Part shown: in pieces, positions 1 to 12,439 of the stretch | Layout: each line of letters opens with the position of its first letter | How positions within the stretch are numbered: position 1 is the first letter of the stretch | Origin: Leucoraja erinacea | Lineage: Eukaryota | Assembly (NCBI RefSeq): GCF_028641065.1 | Contig: NC_073385.1 | Coordinates: forward strand, 48,050,001 to 48,114,000 | Length of the DNA: 64,000 nt | Direction: 5' to 3' | The notes under the pieces: model-generated | What the model was told of the DNA's origin: nothing | What the model saw: the letters and a program-made list of their open reading frames with translations, nothing else | Database searches by the model: none | Translations under genes and position numbers: made by a program

Positions 1-303
1 ATTGGCATAATTATCTTCTGATTTCTCTGAGACTTCATCAGCCAAAATCAGCTTGAAGGGCCGAATGGCCTACTCCTGCACATATTGTCTATTGTCAATA
101 AAATGTTTTATCATAACAGCTGATCTTGTGTTTGCAGCTTGTGTTGTTGGCGATTAGTTGTTTAAGAAGTGGTGTCCCGAGTGGACAGGGTGGTGAAGAA
201 GGCTTTTGGCACATAAGACATTATCAGTAGCAGCTGTAAAAAAAGATTGGTGAGGCAGCTCTTGGCGTATTGTGTACAGCTATCGTCAGCCAGCTATTTG
301 AGA

Positions 304-740
304 AAAGACGCAAAATGCTGGAGTAACTCAGCAGGTCAGGCCGCGTCTCTGGAGAACATGTATGGGTGATGTTTCATGTTGTGACTCTTCTTCGGACTGA
401 TTATAAGGGGACGGGAAGAAAGCTGTACAAGAGGACAGGACAAAGCCTGGCAAGTTATAGGTTGATACAGGTGAAGGGGGCTTGATAGGCAGATGGTTAG
501 ATGAAGGCTGGAGATGAAAAGACCAAAGGTGTGCGACAAAAGGATTAAAGAGTTGCAAATTGTGAAGTTAGAGGAAGGAATGTAGGTGGAGGTTGAAATA
601 AATATGTCCTGGTGGAGTACACAGGAAGAGGATGGGGTGGGGGGGAGATGTCTGTAGTTTGCTAAAATTGGATAATTCAGCGTTCATTTCAAGGCATCCA
701 AGCAGAATATGATGTGCTGTTCCTCCAGTTTGTGTGTGGA
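304..740 (-). mobile_element. Penelope-like element 3' remnant (GIY-YIG tail plus 3' UTR)
   Basis: The minus strand near 690-738 reads THKLEEQHIIFCL, matching the Penelope endonuclease C-terminus (RKLEEQHLIFRLG type). It is followed by the recurrent 'atgctggagtaactcagc..ggcagcatctctggaga' repeat end. Confidence 0.7.
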
Positions 741-1004
741 AGACGCTGGCTAAATGAAAGATGCCATTAAGCTGGAAAGAGTGCATGAATGGTACTAGGA
801 CTAGTATGACTGAGATATTGAGACGTGTTGGGCAGGACTTTATTCTTTGAAGGCGGTGATATTATGAAGGTATTTAAAATCGCGAGGGACATAAATAGGG
901 TGAACACACAGTCTTTTTTCACCAGCGTAGGGATTCACAAAATTCAGTGCCCTGAATTTCTTAAGAAACTGGTGAATCTGGAATTATCCAACAGTTCAGT
1001 CTTC

Positions 1005-1676
1005 AAGTTCAGCCAAAACTGTCTTCAGAAGGGTCTAGATCTGAATCGTCGCCCATTCCTTCTCTCCTGAAATGCTGTCTGTCCTGAGTTAATCCAGCAT
1101 TTTATGTCTTTGGGCAAAACTAATATTGATTACAGGACGTTAAAAAAGAAGAATGGGATTTAAGGACAGTTTGGGAACATGGATCTGAGACAAAGTTCAG
1201 CTGTAGTGAATGGTGAAGCAGGCTTAAAGAGTAGGATACTTATGGACCTGTCCCACTTAGGCAACTGTCATAGTCGTAGCAGGTCACCGAAAAAACAGCG
1301 ATTGGACTATTGGGCCTGTTCTACTTATGAGATTTATTTAGGCGACTGCCGGCGTATCCGACAATGGAATTCACCGAAGTCAGCACTGGCGACAACCTAC
1401 GTTAACCTGGCAACAGCCTACGACAGCACCTACGTCAAGCTACGCTCATTGGCGTCAAACCCATGGTCGCCACCGTTGCCGTTGAAAACAAGTTGAAAAT
1501 CCAGCAGCGACCAGAGAGAAGCTACGACTCTTTGGGCGACTGAGGAGACTACTCATGACCATACAGGTGACAACCGGCGACCATGTGGCTACAGCCTAGT
1601 CGTCTGTAGTCACCGAAAAAAATCGCCTAGGTGGGACAGGCCCATTAGTGGGTTGAGTCACCTACAAGTGACTTCA
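1005..1676 (+). repeat. Copy 1 of a local ~0.65 kb duplication (copy 2 at 5047-5657)
   Basis: Directly alignable from aagttcagccaaaactgtc to gggttgagtcacctacaagtgacttc. Near-identical spurious ORFs occur at 1179 and 5279. Confidence 0.9.
1243..1644. mobile_element. PIF/Harbinger-type MITE
   Basis: TIRs TGG(A/G)CCTGTCCCAC ... GTGGGACAGGCCCA, flanked by TTA on both sides. Confidence 0.7.
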
Positions 1677-1689
1677 CTGTGGGTGTTAG

Positions 1690-1820
1690 TGTTGGTCACA
1701 CTTTCCTCTTATAGATCGGGTCTTAGTCCAAAGATTTGAGCACAGAATCTAGGGTGATAACTCCCTTGCAGAAATGAGGACTGGAATTGTTAGCCTGGAT
1801 TTTCTTGGAAGAGACATTAA
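1690..1820 (+). mobile_element. Ancient SINE 5' fragment (SacSINE1/Deu-SINE-like), truncated by L1
   Basis: agatttgagcacagaatctagggtga...gagacattaacc resembles the shark SacSINE1 body as recalled; not aligned. Confidence 0.4.
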
Positions 1821-4800
1821 CCCCACAAACTTCTAGCACGCCAATTGAAAAAACGGGAAAAAGAGAATGCAATACTAAAGAGAGGAATTATTAACACTAC
1901 CCAAGGATATCAATAAAAGATTTGCTCAATTTTACCAGAACCTATACACATCTAAAACGTCAATAGACAATAATAAAGTTTCAAAATTTCTGGATAATTG
2001 TAACCTCCCTCAATTAGAATTGAGGGAACAAGAGGAACTGGTAGCACAAATTACTTCTAAGGAGATAGAAGACACAATAAACACACTTAAGAACGGAAAA
2101 ACACCAGGACCAGACGGATTCAGTAATGAATTCTATAAATCCTTTTACGACATAGTTACTCCACGCTTACAGAAAATGTATACATATGCTTTTAAAGAGC
2201 AAAGCTTACCTGAAACATTAGCAGAATCAACGATCACATTAATACTTAAAAAAGATAAAAATATAGAAGAGCCAGGATCATATAGAGCTATTGCTTTGTT
2301 TAATACGGATCAAAAAATAATAGCGGGAACACTAGCCAGAAGACTAAGCAAGTATGTTAGTAGATTGATAAATGAGGATCAAACGGGATTTATACCTAAG
2401 AGACACTCATTCAATAATCTGAGACACTTGCTTAGCATAATGCACTCGCATAAATCTCATGACCAAGAGTTTTCTATCATTTCACTGGACGCAGAAAAAG
2501 CGTTTGATCAAGTAGAATGGGATTATATGATTAAAGTATTGCAAAAATTCCAAATGGGAGAGAACTTCATTGCATGGATAAAATTATTATATAACAAACC
2601 AACGGCTAGAATACTATCTAATAATATACTATCCACGAAATTTGAATTATCAAGGGGCAATAGACAAGGATGCTCACTATCACCGCTGTTATTTGCTTTG
2701 GTAATTGAACCCCTTGCTGAAAAAGTAAGAACACACCCGGATATTTATGGTTATAATACAAAAAACTCAAATAACATAATATCGTTATACGCCGACGATG
2801 TACTATTGTACATCACAAAACCACAAATTAGTATACCAAACATATTAAATTTAATTGAGGACTTTGGATCCTTCTCAGGATATAGAATAAACTGGAACAA
2901 AAGTGAAATTATGTCGATAAAACCAAAAGACTCAACACGCCTTCGGAAATTCCCCTTTAAAATAGCCACAGAAAAATTCAAATATTTGGGAATTGAAATT
3001 ACTAGAAACTACCATGATATGTTTAAAAGCCAATTATAATCCCTTACTTAAGAAACTAAATAATTTGATTAAATTCTGGAAAACACTTCCGATGTCCCTA
3101 ATAGGCAGAATAAACACTATAAAAATGACCTTTTTACCACAAATCCTATACCTATTTCAATCAATACCTATATATCTCCCAAAAAGTTTTTCAAAAATTT
3201 GGACTCGGACATTACAAATTTTATGTGGAATTATAAATCCCATAGAATACAAAGAGCACACCTTAATAAACAAAAAGAGTTAGGTGGTCTAGCGCTCCCT
3301 AACTTTATGTATTATAATTGGGCAGTAAATATTAAAAATATGATTCACCTGCTGGACAATTCTGCCCAGCAGGTGAACTGGATTGTAATGGAAAGAGAGG
3401 ACTGCTCTCTGTGTAATATAGGAGCGACTCTCCTTTCACCAATATATCTGAATAACAAAAATTATAATAAAAATCCAATTATACACAGCACAATTAGAAT
3501 ATGGAAACAAATAAAACAAAATCTAAAATTAAGAAACCTATCTCTTTTAATACCAATAGTTAATAATCCTTTGTTTAAACCATCAATTATAGACAATTCA
3601 TTTATACAATGGGAAAGAATGGGAATCAAAACGCTCGGAGATCTGTACGAATTGGGAAAATTACTATCATTTCAACAACTACAACTGAAATATAATTTGA
3701 AAAATAATCAATATTTTAAATATCTTCAAATTCGTGATTATCTGAAATAATACACAAAAGACTATCATAATATGCCTAGACTTACTGGATGAAGCAATGA
3801 AGACAAAGGTGGAATCAGCGAATCTAATATCATACTTGTATAACATCATCTTAAACATAGAAATACTCACAACTGATGGAATTAGAAGAGACTGGGACCA
3901 AGAATTAGCTATAAAAATTTCAGCTGGGATAATCACTACAGGTGCATAAATGTTCGATCAACGTACGACATATTCTCATCCAATTCAAAACATTACATAG
4001 ACTATATTACTCAAAAACTAAAATAAATAAACTCTTCCCTAATGTCTCACCCATCTGTGATAAATGTCTGTCAAGAAGCTACCATAGCGCATTCTTTTGT
4101 TTTTTGTACAAAAATTCTGGAATGAAATATTTAACATCTTCACAAAATTAATTAAAATAAAACTGGTACCAAAACCAGAATGGATCATTTTTGGAATATC
4201 GGAAGGTAACCCTGAACTAAACGTGTTTCAGAAGAATTTACTCAATTACGGGCTAATAATGGGAAAAAAGCTCATGCTTAAATTCTGAAAAAATGCGCCA
4301 ACACCAACAATAAAAATGTGGATATCAAATATGTCTGAAACACTACATCTGGAAGAGATGAGATTCCTCTTAGCAGGCAAACCAGACCACTTCCAAAAGA
4401 CGTGGTCTACTTTTTTGGAACTATTACAAGCATAAGGTGCAATAGTAATTTTAAAAATAAATAAATAAATAAAAGGTACCAGGATCTGGCAACGGGGGGG
4501 TAAAAAAACCCAACAAAAACAAAAACAGACTTGGTTGGAAGTCCCCTTTCTGCGGAGTTTAATATTATAATAGAGTGATTGTTTCTCCTTTCTGCCACAG
4601 AGGGTAGTTGAGGCCAGTTCATTGGCTATATTTAAGAGGGAGTTAGATGTGGCCCTTGTGGCTAAGGGGATCAGGGGGTATGGAGAGAAGGCAGGTACGG
4701 GATACTGAGTTGGATGATCAGCCATGATCATATTGAATGGCGGTGCAGGCTCGAAGGGCCGAATGGCCTACTCCTGCACCTAATTTCTATGTTTCTTTTT

Positions 4801-5047
4801 CCTTCTTTTCTAGGGTCTACTTTCTTTCTTTACTTCCTTCTCTAACTTCTTTTCTAAGGGTCTTTCTTTTCTCAACACTCTCCTGCACCTTCACGACTCT
4901 TGCGCACTTTCCTTACTTCCTTTACTTCTATCTTTTTTTAAAGCTCAAAAAATGAAGCGGTACAAAAAATGTATTAAGACATATGTGTTGTGTATTATTG
5001 TAACTTACCGTACTTCTAATAAAAAAATAAATAAATAAAAAATAAAA
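1821..5047 (+). mobile_element. 5'-truncated L1-clade LINE: disrupted ORF2 (~1821-4435), 3' UTR and A-rich tail
   Basis: KLLARQLK, KTPGPDGF, SLDAEKAFDQVEW, RGNRQGCSLSPLLF, LYADD and a C-terminal CDKC motif, spread over frameshifted ORFs (2020-3039, 2993-3283, 3199-3750, 3942-4288). Tail aataaaaaaataaataaataaaa at 5018-5047. Confidence 0.93.
4590..4796 (+). mobile_element. CR1 LINE 3' end nested in the L1 3' UTR
   Basis: gatcagccatgatcatattgaatggcggtgcaggctcgaagggccgaatggcctactcctgcacc plus a tttctatgtttct tail; the same end recurs many times in the window. Confidence 0.85.
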
Positions 5048-5657
5048 AGTTCAGGCAAAACTGTCTGAAGAAGGGTCTCGATCTGAATCGTTGCCCATTC
5101 CTTCTCTCCTGAAATGCTGCCTGTCCTGAGTTAATCCAGCATTTTATGTTTGGGAACATGGATCTGAGACAAAGTTCAGCTGTAGTGAATTGTGAAGCAG
5201 GCTTAAAGAGTAGGATACTTATGGGCCTGTCCCACAGGCGACTGTCATAGTCGTAGTAGGTCACTGAAAAAACAGCGATTGGACTATTGGGCCTGTTCTA
5301 CTTACGAGATTTTTTTAGGCGACTGCCGGCGTATACGACAATGGAATTCACCGAAGTCAGCACTGGCGACAACCTACGTTAACCTGGCAACAGCCTACGA
5401 CAGCACCTACGTCAAGCTACGCTCATTGGCGTCAAACCCATGGTCGCCACCGTTGCCGAAAAATGTTCAACAAGTTGAAAATCCAGCAGCGACCAGAGAG
5501 AAGCTACGACTCTTTGGGCGACTGAGGAGACTACTCATGACCATACAGGTGACAACCGGCGACCATGTGGCTACAGCCTAGTCGCCTGTAGTCACCGAAA
5601 AATATCGCTTAGGTGGGACAGGCCCATTAGTGGGTTGAGTCACCTACAAGTGACTTC
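5047..5657 (+). repeat. Copy 2 of the local duplication (includes MITE copy 5222-5626)
   Basis: Starts immediately after the L1 A-tail. Lacks ~60 bp present in copy 1 between tttggg microhomologies. Confidence 0.9.
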
Positions 5658-6053
5658 TGCCACCATCTTGAAAACAGCCCTTTGTCCAGCATCCACCACT
5701 GCTGCCAGATCCAGTCCAAGGATGGAGAATCGTGATTATTTTTAAGAACTCTTAATGTCCATAGATAGTGTAATTCTACCCAAAGTCTGCAAACTCAAAT
5801 AACTCAACCTGAACACTCTTGTTAGGTTCGATTTACGCTTTTGGGAATGTTAATGCATATTTGTTGTGTACTATTGCAACTTGCTATCATTTCACTATAC
5901 CCTTTTTAGTTTGCTCCCAAGAGTTGATGGCTTCTTTATGTGGCATTCACAATTTGTTGATTGAATTGGGGTTGGTCATGATGGAATTTGCCCATTTAGT
6001 TTGGTGGATTGTCAATGCAATAGAAGAGCTACCATGTTATTATACCCGTAGCA

Positions 6054-6258
6054 TGCAGATGCTGGTTTAAATCGAAGGTAGACAAAATGCTGGAGTAACT
6101 CAACGGGACAGGCAGCATCTCTGGAGAGAAGGAATGGGTGACGTTCCGGGTCGGAACCTTCTTCAGACCAAGGGTCTCGACCCGAAACGTCACCCATTCC
6201 TTCTCTCCAGAGATGCTGCCTGTCCCGCTGAGTTACTCCAGCATTTTGTGTCTACCTT
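6054..6258. repeat. Inverted pair of Penelope-derived ends (~85 bp arms) with hammerhead-like cores
   Basis: 6075-6161 is the reverse complement of 6171-6258, with few mismatches. Confidence 0.85.
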
Positions 6259-7464
6259 TAGAAATTACAAGATGCTCTTCAAGAAAGTAGAGGAAATTGT
6301 GCCCAAAGCACAGTAAGTGGGATTAATGGACTTACTTTGAAATTGACCAATCTTTTGATCTATTGGCAAATTCAGCATCCCATCATCTGAAGAGCCCCAT
6401 CTAATGGAATCTTTCACAGGGTAGGAATAATGCAAGATAGAGGCAGTTATACTGAAATTTAAGATTGCATCTTGATTACTGTAATGATAGGCATAAACCT
6501 AGAGTTTAATCCCTAGTAATGCAAGTTGACACCAGAGGGCCTGAGGAGCATTTTTAGCCTTCAGTGAAAGCAAAATGAACTTTGATAAATATTATGGAAA
6601 AAACAAGCTCAAAAACATGAGTATGAACGGATGAATAGAGGAAGGCCCACTGAAGTATTGATCACAAAGGGTAAATTTAAGGTAGATTTCAATAAATTGA
6701 TACTTAAGATTTTTGTTTACTTTGTGTATGTGCCACACTCGTGTCATGTTTCTTGGTGGGAACACTAAAAGTAGCTCCCAATTAATGGAATGACAATGTA
6801 CAATCTGTCCCTTTTATTGGATACATTACATGTGGTTTACATCTTATATTTCAGTCCAGTTGTGGCAAGAAGCCAAAACAGCGAGTAGTATTCCTTTAAC
6901 AAGGAAAATAAAGAAATGTGGAATTGAACTCTCTGGCAAAGTGCAGTATAAAAAAATAAACCTTGCCTTTCATTCATATGAAATACTGTATCTTCAATTT
7001 CTGTTAACTGTGAAGACTTAATGTTTCAGATTAATGAATTCATCAGAAGCATTCCGATGAAAGGTCATTAACATGAAATATTATTTTCTTCTCTCAAATG
7101 CTTTCTGAATTGTTTTTTTTCGAGCCTTTTTAAAGATTTGCAGCATCTATTATTCTAATTATGTTCTACATGCTGTGTGTTCTTTCTGCTCACTTTTCAA
7201 TATACAAATAAATATGCTGGATAAAGAATAATTAATGATGGTTTGAGATCTTGTACTATTAAAGTGGAGTGTCATCCAAAGTAATTTCTTTCATCATTGA
7301 GCATTAATATTATTTAATTAGTTGAACTAAAAGCTGTAAATAACCAGGAGGATCTCAGCAGATTGAGTAGCATGTGAAGATCTGGGTTTGGGGGAGGAGT
7401 GGGAGGAATTGTTGGCATTGGAGGTCAAAACCCTTCACAAGGACAGAGTGGAGAAGGAGGATGA

Positions 7465-7680
7465 CATAATGTTGGAGTAACTCAGCGGGACAGGCAGCAT
7501 CCCTGGAGAGAAAGATTGGGTGACGTTTCTGGTCGAGACCTTTTTTCAGTCTGAACAAGGGTCTCGACCTGAAACGTCACCCATTCCATCTCTCCAGGGA
7601 TGCTGCCTGTCCCGCTGAGTTACTCCAGCATTTTGTGCCTACCTTCGATTTAAACCAGCATCTGCAGTTCTTTCCAACAC
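7465..7680. repeat. Inverted pair of Penelope-derived ends with hammerhead-like cores
   Basis: ggagtaactcagcgggacaggcagcatccctggagag ... ctctccagggatgctgcctgtcccgctgagttactcc; centre ctgaacaagggtctcgacctgaaacgtca. Confidence 0.85.
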
Positions 7681-7899
7681 GTGGAGAAGGAGGATAGCTA
7701 CTATAGTGGGGAGAGGGGTATGGATGGAATGGGCAAGTAGGGGGACCAAGGAATAGTGATGAATTACTGACAGCTGGAGCCAGGTGTGGGAGGGATAGAG
7801 TTGGGAGGCAAAGGGGGTGGATCGTAGATGGAATCATATACAAAAGCGCAAGTGGAGGGAGGGGTGGTGGTTGAAGGTGGAGACAGCCAGGAGGGTGTT

Positions 7900-8660
7900 A
7901 AGCTGGAATGAAAAGGGCACAGATGGCTCAATAGACAAATTAAATTTAATGCACAGAAATGTAAAGTTATACAGTGAGGAAAGATTATATAGAGTAAATG
8001 GCACAATTTTATAGGCTATGAAAAACCTTGCTGTAACAGTCCATAAATTCATTACATGTCATTACAGTTTGAGTGACTGGTAAACTATGGGATACAGGAC
8101 TTGCAAAAAATTGATTGCATCCAAATCGGGTTGCTACACCTTGGGAAGGTTATGAAAGTGCTGAGCAGACTTACCAGAATTGTCCTAAGGATAAGATTTT
8201 GCCTACAAAATTAAGAGTGTTTATATGTCACAAGAACCCAAACAATGAACTGTGTTCAGTAAATACTGAAGTTGTACGGGCAAAGCTGAGGTTCTTGGAG
8301 CAAAGAAAGTTAAGAGGGAATTTGATAGAAGTGTACAAGACGTTGCTGGGTTTAGAATTGCAACAGAGGGCTGCTTTTCCCTTATTACGTCATTCAGTGA
8401 CTTAGAAGTGCAGATCTAGTCTTCAGCAAATGATTCACAGATGTGAAAGAACTTATGTGGCAATCTGGTTATGATATGAGACACGGTGACTGCAAATATG
8501 GTGGAAACAGTCCAACAGGTAATAGGATAGACACAAGAGAAAATAATTTACTGTCGCAGACGGAAAAATAAAAAGCTGAACTGCATTCTATAAAGAGGAG
8601 ACCTGGATTGTTTCATAAAGAGTTAGCATGGACTTAGTGGGCAGAATATCCTCCTTTGCC
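7900..8660 (+). mobile_element. Degenerate CR1 LINE 3' portion
   Basis: LEQRKLRGNLIEVYKTL in ORF 8115-8405. Confidence 0.6.
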
Positions 8661-9559
8661 ATAATGCTATAGTTTACGCATTAGTTATTATGCATGTGTT
8701 AATTTTAGTAGATCCCTGTTCTTGATTCAATATGAATTTTCCTTTGATTTGCCTGACATTTCCTTATTATCATTTGAAATATACCCATTGTGTTTAAGGG
8801 TACTGTTCCTAATTAGAAACATTATTTGTAATGTTTTTGATGTTTGATTTCTTTTAAATTTTAAATGATTTAATGTTTTACATTTTGTATATTTGTAAAC
8901 TACAAACATTATTTGATTTTGATATCTCATAAATTTTTCTTTGCTTTCTGTTTTGCTATTTTTTGCAATTTATTCACTAGCCCATGAGAAATAAAACCAG
9001 GAGTAAACTATTTAACCTCTTTTTTTTTTAATATTCTGCCATTTAACAAGATCAGTTTCCAGCACAAACTCATCACGTAGTTCCATTAAAAAAACAAAAA
9101 AAAAACGTTTTTTTAACAGATCTGGTGACTGAGCTTCCGTAGTCTACTTGATTGAGAATCACACAGATTCAATGTCTTTTGAGTAAAGACATTTCTAATT
9201 TGTCTGTATTGGTTGACCCTTTATTTGGGTCGGAAACCATAGACATGGCAAGCATCATTTTGTCCCTCACCTGGTAAGCCCAGTAGAATCTTTATAAATC
9301 TCTTGCCGTCCACCAGGATGTAGGTTTTTGTCTTTGTGATTTGATGTTGCTCGTGGTGCTTTTGGCAATTGGAACATTCGTTCCTTGAGATTATATAGTG
9401 GTTCCGTATCACAGTAATTATTTACATTTCCTTCTAATTTACTGGGAGTTTGTACAGTTTATCATGAACAGATTATCTTATGACCTGAGAGTAGGCTTTA
9501 CCCAAAGGTAGAATCTACCTTGTGACTTTGAACACCTTTAACTTACTTACATATACTTT

Positions 9560-10482
9560 ACACAGAACAATACAGGGACAGCCCCTTTGGTTCAAAAGCA
9601 CCTTGCGGACATAATGCCAAGTTAAACAAATCTTCTTTTTCTGTGTCATCAATATCCATCCAATTCCTACATATCTAAAATCCTCTTTAATTGTCATATC
9701 TGCCTCCACCACCACCCAGGGGGGCATAGTGTTTCAGGCATTCACCATCTGTAAAAAAAACGTTGCCCCTCTCATCTTAAAGCTACACTCTCTAGTCTTT
9801 GACATTTCTACACTGGGAGGGGATAAAAGGTTCTGACTGTCCTACCCTATTTATGCCTCTCAATTGTATGTAAAACTATCAGGTCTCTCCTCAATCTCCA
9901 ACGATCCAGAGCAAACAATCCAAGTTTGCCCAAACTGTCTTTCTAATCCTCTAATCTAGGCAACATTCTAGTAAAACTCCTCTGCACCCTCCCGAATCTG
10001 CATATCCTATAATGAGCCAAACAGCTCAGCACACATTACACCATTATGGGATTAAACAAAGTTCTATAAAGCTGCAATGTGACAACGTGCTCCAACCACA
10101 GAAGGCAAGCGTACTACATGCCTCCATCATTCTGTCTACTTGTATTGCCACTTCCAGGGAGCTCTCGACTTAGACTACAAGATCCCTCTATATATCAATG
10201 CTGTTATGAGTCTCGCCATTAATTATATACTTTCTCTTTACATTTGACTTCCCCAAATGCAACATTGCACACTGGCTTGGATTAAACCATCTGCCATTTC
10301 TGTAGCTTTTCTATATCGCGCTGTATACTTTGACAGCATTCCTTACTCTCTGCAATTCCACCAGTTTTGGTGTTGTGTGCAAACTTACTAATCAGCCCAT
10401 CAACATTTATGTCCAAGTCGTCTATATGTATATTGCCATCAAGAGGTCCCAGCACAGATCCCTGCAGAACTCCAATTTTCAA
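9560..10482 (-). mobile_element. Degenerate CR1-clade LINE (RT end and 3' region)
   Basis: GVLQGSVLGPL..IDDLD..ISKFAHNTK in ORF 10282-10482, with CR1-like 3' sequence toward 9560. Confidence 0.75.
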
Positions 10483-11304
10483 AATATGATTGTCTGCAAA
10501 GTTATAGGAATGTAGCTATAAACTAAATTTGGCGTGTACATTAAATTGAAACTCTACCTTGCTTGAGCACCTTTGGCTGCAGAAACTATCCTTAAGACAC
10601 TCTGGAAATTGACATCCTTTCCTCAATGTGTTTTTTTTTTAAATTTCTCACATTTAACCATTTTTTTGTTTCAGCATTATGTTTTGACATGTCACAAGTA
10701 TTTCCTGCAACTACTTCCAAGATCATAAATTATTTTTGATTTTGCTTTTAATTGTACCCATTGACTCTTTTGCCTGCTTAGAAGTTAGATCCCTGACCAT
10801 GACTGAATGATTTTAATCACTATGCGCTCTTTCCCTGTGCTCCTTCATAGGATAGAGATGGAAAATAGTAAAGAATGCTTATTTAGGTAAATGGATAGAT
10901 TTTGGTTATTTTATTGTCATATACCCACTGCAGTGAAATTTCTACTTTGGCCGATGCACATAAAATAAAGTGTGCAATAATGACACACGACAATAAGTAC
11001 AAACAATAAATGCAAAGCAGCGGAATGGTGCAAAGATTGTAGAGCAGAAAGATTGTAAGCACAGAAAAATAAAATACTGGTGCAATAACTAAGATAGAGT
11101 TGAGAATATGTAGCAGCACTTTCAATCAGTCTGATAGCCATGGAGAAGAAGTTGATCTTAAATCCAGACGTCTAGCCTTCAAGGCTTCTGTATCTCTCCC
11201 AGAAGGAAGAGGAGAGAAAAGGGTGAGAGGCATCCTTGACAATGCCAAGGTGGCAGTCATCCTTGACAGTGCACACTGTAGTCGGTCTTGGAATGTTTTT
11301 TTTT

Positions 11305-11560
11305 AGAAAATTGCACACCAATTCCACGCCGACCAGTGATCATCTATGCACTAGTTCCATCCTACGCACGAGGGATAATTTAAGAGGTTAATTAATCTAC
11401 AATCCTGTACACCTTTAAAATGTGGGACACAACCAGAAAACCAAAGCACCTGGGGAAAACCCACACAGTCACAGGGAGAGCGTACAAAGTCCCTGTAGTC
11501 GGGATCGAACCTGGGTCTCTGGCGCTGTAAGGCAGCAACTCTACCACTGCAATACTGTTA
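11305..11560 (-). mobile_element. tRNA-derived SINE (HE1-like)
   Basis: The minus strand begins gcagtggtagagttgctgccttacagcgccagagacccaggttcgatccc (A/B boxes). Relatives lie at ~34525-34720, ~37895-38080, ~38250-38385 and 56065-56168/59886-60095. Confidence 0.75.
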
Positions 11561-11748
11561 CTGGTTTACTAATTAATTTGCATTTAGAGTTAGAGTAGAT
11601 TGGGAAAGAAGAAACCATATTGGGTAGGATGATTCAAAAAAATCTCAAACATGACTACCCAAATCATTCTAAAAGAATAAAATTCCAGATTGTTGGGCAA
11701 ATACTTTTTTTAAACTGTGCAAACTAATCAGCATGTGTTAATTTCCAG

Positions 11749-11923
11749 GTTGGAAACTGCATGACTACGGAGACTTGAAATTCACCACTGTACCAAATGA
11801 TACATCATATAAGAATGTTCACCACCCAAGGACAGTGGGTTTAGCAAACCAGACATTAACAGCAGCAATAAGTCGAGCAGTTGGGGAAGGTCACATAAGT
11901 GTTATGCTTGGAGGAGATCACAG
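11749..11923 (+). CDS. ARG2: Arginase-2, coding exon (human exon 3 equivalent)
   Basis: AG/GT flanked; (G)WKLHDYGDLKF...PRTVGLAN...VMLGGDHS, including the Mn-ligand His. Confidence 0.95.
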
Positions 11924-12030
11924 GTGAGTATCAGGAGCAGGCAACTAAAAGTTTTAGTTCTCATCTCTTACTCACAGCTAATACTGTTGCACATGGACTG
12001 GTAATTTATGCATTTCTTTATCCTAACCAG

Positions 12031-12190
12031 TTTAGGAATTGGTTCTGTCCACGGGCATGCCCAACAACGTCCAGATTTGGGTGTCATCTGGGTGGACGCA
12101 CACTGTGATCTAAACACGCCCCTTACATCCCCTTCTGGTAATCTGCACGGACAGCCAGTGTCATTCCTTATAAAAGAGCTGCACGACAAG
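12031..12190 (+). CDS. ARG2: Arginase-2, exon 4 equivalent
   Basis: [53 protein letters not shown]; DxHxD motif; phases match neighbouring exons. Confidence 0.97.
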
Positions 12191-12344
12191 GTAAAAACCA
12201 TATTTGAATTAAACCAGTTAAAAACATTATCAACTTCGTACACATTGAAGATGTACATGTCTATCCTAGAATTTGATTAATTTCTCCAGCCACATTTTAT
12301 CAATGGATAACTTTTATTTGATTTACAAATTGTATTTATTTCAG

Positions 12345-12439
12345 ATCCCATCACTTCCTGGATTTTCTTGGGTCACTCCTTGTATATCTGCAAAGGACCT
12401 GGTTTACATTGGAGTACGGGACGTTGATCCTGCTGAACA
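12345..12439 (+). CDS. ARG2: Arginase-2, exon 5 equivalent
   Basis: [31 protein letters not shown](H); tttcag/gtaagg. Confidence 0.95.

Noticed and set aside
1179-1496. Near-identical ~100-aa ORFs at 1179 and 5279
   Set aside because: Chance ORFs across a duplicated MITE; no protein motif.
11490-11555. tRNA-like A/B box sequences (also ~34650-34715 and ~56065-56120)
   Set aside because: SINE heads with body and tail attached; no complete cloverleaf.
1-11748. ARG2 exons 1-2
   Set aside because: No GVEHGP..IR.AGL-like exon or presequence exon was seen. They most likely lie upstream of the window, so this was not treated as a gene defect.
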